DNA of 64,000 bases from Octopus vulgaris. Lineage: Eukaryota. Position 1 is the stretch's first letter. The number at the start of each line of letters is the position of its first letter. The stretch spans positions 49,476,001 to 49,540,000 of the forward strand of contig OX597816.1 in NCBI GenBank assembly GCA_951406725.2, written 5' to 3'. Under the pieces are notes generated by a model. The model saw only the letters and a list, made by a program, of their open reading frames with translations, made no database searches and had not been told where the DNA came from. Made by a program: the position numbers and the translations under genes. This document shows, in pieces, positions 56,660 through 64,000 of the stretch.

Positions 56660-57159
56660 ATTTTCGATCTAAAAATAGCAATATTTTAAAATATAATTTA
56701 AAATAATTTAAAATAATAAAACAATAAAATTATCAATGAAAGAATGTAAAAAAATAAAAATATAATCTATATATAATCTATATATAATCAATATATAATC
56801 TAAAATAATCTAAAATAAACCCTATAAACAATTGAATATAAAAACCTATTATAAAAGTTCTCATATTTAAAAATGTACAAAAACCAAAAAACAACAAGTA
56901 AAAAACAAAAACAAAAACCTAAAAACAAAAAACAAAAAAACAAAAAACAAAAAATAAACTATATATACACATACATGCTCATACACTCAACACATTACTT
57001 ATTCATACTTCCTCACACACACATACAACACTCAATTCATAAACAATATACATATACCCGCTCACACATACATATACATACACATACATACAGAACACGA
57101 TATATACCAATATATAAACACCCACACCCATACAGATAAATAAATTACGCAAACAATCA

Positions 57160-57191
<32 letters not shown>

Positions 57192-57278
57192 TTTTCACAC
57201 ATACATAAACACTCAAAAGAAAACCGAACAATTCTTAGCACGTGGATATCAAACATTTTCAAAAAATTATGAATGGAA

Positions 57279-59835
57279 ATGAAATCCATACATTCAAGTA
57301 TAAATATAACTATACAAACCCTAACACAATACACACAAATACACACACATATATACACACACCCACAAACATAACCATATACACACTCACACATACATAT
57401 ACATACGTACAAGTCCCGATACAAACAAACTTTAATAAAACGACCATAAAAAACGAAAACTCATATATATTAATATATATATAAAAGAGTGTGTACACGC
57501 AGACGGGTGCAATCACACCCACATACAAAACTTACATATATACAAGTGCATAAATAATCACACCCAATTACATAGCACTCATACACTCCCACATCTACAC
57601 TTACACTTGTACACTCTCACACATACATACACACCCATACATACATACAAAAGATTCTTAGTAAAATAATCATGATAAATAAAATCCATACATACAAGTA
57701 TAAATATAAAGATACAACCCATTACACAATACACATAAATACACACACATATATACACACACCCACAAACATAACCATATACACACTCACACATACAAAT
57801 AATACGTACAAAACTCGATACAATCAAATACGCACACGCACACAAATTCACACATACATAAACATACAAAAGAAAACAACATCTCTACACATAATACGAT
57901 ATATAAAATACTCCATAAGAAATCAGATTATCATAAGTAACAAGATTAACAAAGGAGAAAAATATACATACCTTCTAATCAGTATCAAATTTTGAAGTGA
58001 ATAACTTTATCCGTTATTACAATAACCAAAAATTGCGTTACCATGGAACCGAACATATAAAAATTATTAGCGCCGCGTAAAACAGCGTCTTTAAAATTAT
58101 GAATGGAATATAAAATTCTTAGCACGTAGTAAACAAACGTAAATTAAAAAATTATGAATGGATATACAAAACTTCCTACAAATTCTTTAAAAAAACCATA
58201 AAAAACGAAAACTCATATAGATATTAATATATATATAAAAAAATGAGTGTGTACACGCAGACGGGTGCAATCACACGGATATTCAAAACAAATATAAAGA
58301 TAAAGATAAAACCCCATTCATACACAATACACACAAATACACACACATATATACACACACCACAAACATAACCATATACACACTCGATATATACACTACA
58401 AACTCGATACAAAATATTCATTCACACACTCAATAAAATATTAAGTAAATACAAAACAAAGAAATACCAATTAAATACTAACTATAATTAAAGTCTAAAC
58501 TATATCACTAAAAATATATATATGGTACTCTAAACTAAAAACAAATTAATCTACAGTAACCTTTAATAGGTTATTAATTTTATTAATTTATATATCATTT
58601 ATGAATGAAATCCATACATACAAGTATAAATATAACTATACAACCCCTAACACAATACACACAAATACACACACATATATACACATCCCCACAAACATAA
58701 CCATATACACACTCACACATACATATACATACGTACAAATCTCGATACAAACAAACTTTAATAAAACGACCATGATAAACGAAAACTCATATATATATAT
58801 TAAAGTATATATAAAAGAGTGTGTACACGCAGACGGGTGCAATCACACGCACATTCAAAACTTACATGTATACAAGTGCATAAATAATCACACCCAATTA
58901 CATAGCACTCATACACTCCCACATCTACACTTACACTTGTACACACTCACACATACATATACACCCATACCTACATACAAAAATTCTTATTAAAATAATC
59001 ATGATAAATAAAATCCATACATACAAGTATAAATATAAAGATACAACCCCTTACACAATACACACAAATACACACACATATATACACACACCCTCAAACA
59101 TAACCATATACTCACTCACACATACAAATACATACGTACAAAACTCGATACAAGCAAAAACGTACACGCACACACATTCACACATACATAAACATACAAA
59201 AGAAAAACAACATTTCTACACATAATATGAATGGAATATACAAAACTTTCTACAATTCTTTAAAAAAACCATAAAAAACTAAAACTCAAATAGATATTAA
59301 TATATATATATATTTAAAAATGAGTGTGTACACGCAGAAAGGGTGCAATCACACAGACATTCAAAACTTGCATGTATACAATTGCATAAATAATTATACT
59401 CAATTACATAGCACTCATACACTACCGCATCTATACTTACACTTGTACACACGCACACCTACATACACACCCATACCTTCATGCAAAATACTTATTAAAC
59501 TAATCATGATAATGAAGTCCATACATACAAATAAAAAGATAAAGATAAAACCCCTTTCATACACAATACACACAAATACACACACATATATACACACACC
59601 CACAAACATAACCAAATACACACTCACACATACATATACTTACGTACAAACTCGATATATACACTATTATTCATTCCCACACTCAATAAAATATTAATTA
59701 AATACAAAACAAAGAAATACCAATTAAATGCTAACTATAATTAAAGCCTAAACTATAAAACTAGAATATATACTTGGTACTCTAAACTAAAAACAAATTA
59801 ACCTAAAATAACCTATAATAGGGGGCTATTAATTT
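57279..59835. repeat. Higher-order CA-rich tandem array inside the PLE 3' region
   Basis: ~400 bp subunits (57279, 57680, 58606, 59008, 59515); 57279-57900 duplicated at 58606-59230. Confidence 0.85.
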
Positions 59836-60701
59836 TATTTATCATGGAACCTATTATATAGGTAAAGTAATCTATGTCTACATTTTATTTTGCGCTCTTC
59901 ACCTATATTAAGTAAATTATCATACTTATAAAATAAAATTTCTTTAAACTCATTAGAGCATAAATAACAACAATTCGCTCCTATAGTATATGATTTAGTT
60001 TTACAAATTATTTCCCAATTTAAACTATAATTAATATTTTGTGATTTAATTCTCCAAATGTACTTACTAAGTCCAGTGGAGTTTATTAAGTTTTTATTTT
60101 TAAAAGAATTCATATGTTGTGCTATTCTTAATTTTATTTTAGAGGAAGTAGACCCTATATAAACCGCTTTTGGGTAATTATTCTTCTTAAAGTTATTATC
60201 ATGTAATGTAACTATACATTTATACACTACATCTTTAATATCACATTTATTATTTAATTTACATTTAGATTTATCTCTACAAGTACAATTAATATATGTC
60301 TTATCCTTATTATTATTATCAAATAATTTATTTTTATAAAAATTATTCAGTTTAAATTTATTAAATGAAGAAATAATGTTACCTACATTATTAGTAGTGG
60401 AATAACCTACTCCAAAATTATCACTAGAGAAAATATTTTTATATTTACGATTATCTCTAATAAATAGTTCTATAATATCTAAAATCGCTTTGATAATATT
60501 CGTTTTTACTTGATCACCATAAGGAACTATTAACCAAATTTTATTCTTATTCACCTTATTATAATTGTCAGTATTATAATTATTAAATTTAGAATTCTTC
60601 ATATTATTAAAATTATCATCAGAATTATATTTATATACAGCATTTAAGGAATTATTAATGTTATTAATTTTATCCATATTATTATTATTATTATTATTCA
60701 A
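59835..60701 (-). CDS. PLE GIY-YIG endonuclease with upstream thumb/linker remnant, Asn-rich N-terminus, no RT core
   Basis: IWLIVPY; CTCRDKSKC..C; VVYKC...VYIGST; R...H..SF; LSKYIW; CYLCSNE; LLN...CRH. 288 uninterrupted codons. Confidence 0.85.
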   Translation of the reverse strand: MNNNNNNNMDKINNINNSLNAVYKYNSDDNFNNMKNSKFNNYNTDNYNKVNKNKIWLIVPYGDQVKTNIIKAILDIIELFIRDNRKYKNIFSSDNFGVGYSTTNNVGNIISSFNKFKLNNFYKNKLFDNNNKDKTYINCTCRDKSKCKLNNKCDIKDVVYKCIVTLHDNNFKKNNYPKAVYIGSTSSKIKLRIAQHMNSFKNKNLINSTGLSKYIWRIKSQNINYSLNWEIICKTKSYTIGANCCYLCSNEFKEILFYKYDNLLNIGEERKIKCRHRLLYLYNRFHDK

Positions 60702-60732
60702 TTTATTTTTATTTTTATTTTTATTTTTATTA

Positions 60733-60802
<70 letters not shown>

Positions 60803-60890
60803 ATAATTATTATTATTATTATTTTTATTTTTATTTTATTTTTATTATTTTTATTTTTATTTTTATTTATATTTTTAATTTTATAATTTC
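60675..60890. repeat. (TTA)n/(TTTTTA)n microsatellite inside the PLE
   Basis: Direct. Confidence 0.9.
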
Positions 60891-60982
60891 TAATATTTAT
60901 ACCACTAATACCGATATTAAAATTTTATGTATTGATTAAGTCTTTCCTTGTTTGGTTTTAAAATAGTGGTTTTGTCTCGAAT

Positions 60983-61033
<51 letters not shown>

Positions 61034-61194
61034 CTTCGCTAAATGCACATGTGATAGCAAATGTAACCATACGCAATGTAGCCAGGATATAGAAATTCGA
61101 ATATTTTACGGCAGATCACTTGTTTTAACAATCCACCGACTATACATGTACATCAACACATATGCAACCGCACACGAATGCACACACGCGTGTA

Positions 61195-61500
61195 TAGAAC
61201 TCCGAATGTATAGGCAGACGAAATTACTCTAAGCATTTTGCCCGGCGTGCTATAGCTTCTGCCAGTTATTGACAGTAAATATTGAATTCAAACTTTGTCC
61301 CAAGGCCAGCTGTTTTGGGGATGGGGTTAAGTCCATCACATCGAATAAGTATCAGTGTTGAACTGGTACTGATTTTATCGGCCTTGAAAGAACGAACTGC
61401 AATGGCGACCGCGGCAGGATTTGAACTCAGAACGTAACGACGGACGAAATGCCGCTGCGCAACTCGCCTGGCGTGATAACCATTTTGCCTGCTCGCCGCT
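61195..61500 (-). mobile_element. Family A SINE fragment plus a second copy
   Basis: TTTGAACTCAGAACGTAACGACGGACGAAAT...CTCGCCGC. Confidence 0.75.
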
Positions 61501-61881
61501 AATAGTAAATATTGCCGCCGTGGGTGATTCTGTCAGTTGCATTTGCAGCATGTATATTGTTATTATTCGCAAACGAAGTCCATTATATTTATATCTCCAC
61601 TTTTTATATACAGAACTGTTTCCTTTTTATCAGGTTATAGGTTTAATACTTTTAGAAAACATTTAAGCTTTTGTATCCATTAGGAGATTAAACTCTGAAC
61701 TTAATTTCCCGTCGTTGTTCTATTGACCTTAGTAAGTTGTTAGTTTAGTGATTACATATATTTTTATTGATGTATCTGGGACAATTGCTAATTTGATAGA
61801 AACTAGATTTGAAAGTATTCACAGTTAATCCGATTTAAAATTTCTTATGTATCCTTGATTTTTGCAGATGCAACTGTGCAG

Positions 61882-62536
61882 TACACTATACATTTGTATA
61901 ATAAAATCTGATGAGAGAAGGTATTGGGTAATAGACTTGGATATCAGGAGTGAGATAGAGATGGTGATACTGAATGTTTCTGGTGTTGACTTTGACTATT
62001 GGCTCTAGCAAGTTATGTTTAGTGATGTGCCATAGTTTGGTATCGGTATAAGAATAACCCATGATATTCTGGCCATTGAAGTGATTTTCTACTAAAACCT
62101 ACTGCAAGATTTCTGCGGACTGTGAGGTTGAATGGCAAGTGGTGTTAATATATGTGAGTATGTGTGTGATGCGTGTGTGTTGTGTGTGTATGTGTATGTA
62201 GATATGTCTGTGTGGTGTGTGCATGTGTGTATGTGTATGTGATGTGTGTTTTGTCTATTATGTCGATATCCTTAACTATTCTCTACACTACATTTGTATA
62301 ATAGAATATCATGAGAGGAATAAGGCAGAGGTGGTGATACCGAGAGTTTCTGGTGTGCATTATGACATTTGGCACCGGCAAGTTAGTTTTAGAGATGTGT
62401 CTTAGTTTGGCATCGGTGCAAAAATAACCTTTGGTATTCTGGTTGCTGAACTGATTTTCTACTAAAAAATACAGCAAGATTTCCGCGGGCACTGAAATTG
62501 AATCGCAAGAGGTGTTAATGTATGTGTGTGTGTGTG
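61882..62536. repeat. Two diverged tandem ~250-400 bp units, each ending in (TG)n
   Basis: TACATTTGTATAATA...GTTTCTGGTGT...GATTTTCTACTAAAA...GGTGTTAAT at ~61888 and ~62288. Confidence 0.8.
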
Positions 62537-62984
62537 AATTACGCCAATATCCTTATATCCAAAAATTGTTAGGTTGGAATGTTTGTGCGCTTACAGGTCT
62601 GAGAAGAAATCAAATTATTCTCAGACTGAACGTTTCCAGGATATAAGTAGTATATACATAACTTTACATTACTTGATATTAAAATCTATACACATGTATT
62701 CTTGAAAATATATGCAGAAATCTATGATGTAATTATTGTTAGAAATGTAGTGATTGTAATGCCTGAAGGCTGTGTCCATATATGTTTAAGTTCACGTATA
62801 TGTGCTTATTTTCTTTCTCCCTCAATTTTATCAATTTATGGTGGACCAGAATTGAAAGAATAATTATTGGAGGTTGCATCATAAGAAGATGTGGGAAAAG
62901 AAGTAGAAGAAGAGGGTAGAGTGGATGAGTAGGAAGAGATGAAAAAGTTGTAGTGAGTGTTAAAACGATAATAATAGTTTTGGA

Positions 62985-63320
<336 letters not shown>

Positions 63321-63403
63321 AAGGAAGAGAGAGACCAGGAGACGAAAAATGAGGAAGTCGTGAATAGATCTTACTGTGTTATTATTATTATTATTATTAT
63401 TAT

Positions 63404-64000
63404 TCAGTAGTTTTATTTTTATTTTTATAGCGTGCTTTCACTTCACTACCGAGCGCAGCTCTGTGTGCCTTGGGTATGTGCTGTGATTTGTTGTGATGCT
63501 CTGATGGTTATTGTATGGAAAGTGTTCTGCGTAGGATGTGGGCAGTGCCTAGTAGTGCAATTTTCTGTATGTTATATGTGTTTGTAAGTCCTGGTGTTTT
63601 TGTTATGTATTTGTCTGAATATTTTTTTATCATGCCTAATGCACCTACTATGATAGGAATTGTTTCTGTTTTCAGATTCCACATTCTAGTTACCTCTATT
63701 TCCAGGTCTTTGTATTTTGAGAGTTTCTCCATTTCTTTTAGAGACACGTTGTCATCTGCCGGTATTGATACATCAATTAAAAAGCATTTTTTTCTTCATG
63801 ATCTCTGACAACTATATCTGGTCTGTTGGCCTTAATTTCTCTATCTGTGTGTATCGGCATATCCCAGAGTATGGTTGCTTTCTCGTTTTCTGTGACCTTT
63901 TCTGGTGTGTGCCTATACCATCTTTTTTCTGTTGTTATTCCATAATGTTGGCATAGCTTCCAATGTATGTAGGTTCCAACTCTGTCATGTCTGTGAATAT
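63404..64000 (-). mobile_element. Second Dong/R4 family: 3' end (RLE domain plus UTR), runs off the window
   Basis: RHDRVGTYIHW, ILWD, ANRPDIVV, LIDVSIP, KLSKYKDL, PIIVGALG; stop at 63508; followed by (TAA)n 63380-63403; homopolymer frameshift ~63790. Confidence 0.9.

Larger units (their letters stand above)
56447..60988 (-). mobile_element. Penelope-like element lacking RT, TA-flanked, with 72 bp inverted terminal segment
   Basis: GIY-YIG ORF; hammerhead; 56530-56601 is the reverse complement of 60914-60985. Confidence 0.85.

Overview
Eukaryotic, AT-rich, repeat-saturated DNA. The tRNA/CORE-type SINE families and very long (TA)n/(CA)n/(TAA)n tracts resemble an Octopus genome (inference). 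No host protein-coding exon could be supported, and most ORFs in the track are microsatellite translations. Recognisable content: a near-intact Dong/R4 (RT plus restriction-like endonuclease) LINE and two partial copies, all in (TAA)n; three decayed mariner elements; a piggyBac derivative; two MITEs; Tx1/L1, RTE and CR1-like LINE fragments; two tandem ORF1(gag)-only retroelements; about 20 SINE copies or fragments; and many Penelope-like element (PLE) remnants in (TA)n. The PLE remnants include a GIY-YIG-only ORF, several fold-back palindromes (one of 4.4 kb) and eight hammerhead-ribozyme motifs read by eye. Most notable: (1) a covarying 3' stem-loop (loop CTTGT) shared by the Tx1-like LINE, the ORF1-only elements and SINE tails; (2) the two ORF1-only elements appear to have inserted at the same nick just upstream of a hammerhead; (3) hammerhead-capped palindromes, plus separate hammerheads with U3-A8 compensatory cores. 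All calls are by eye and boundaries are approximate.
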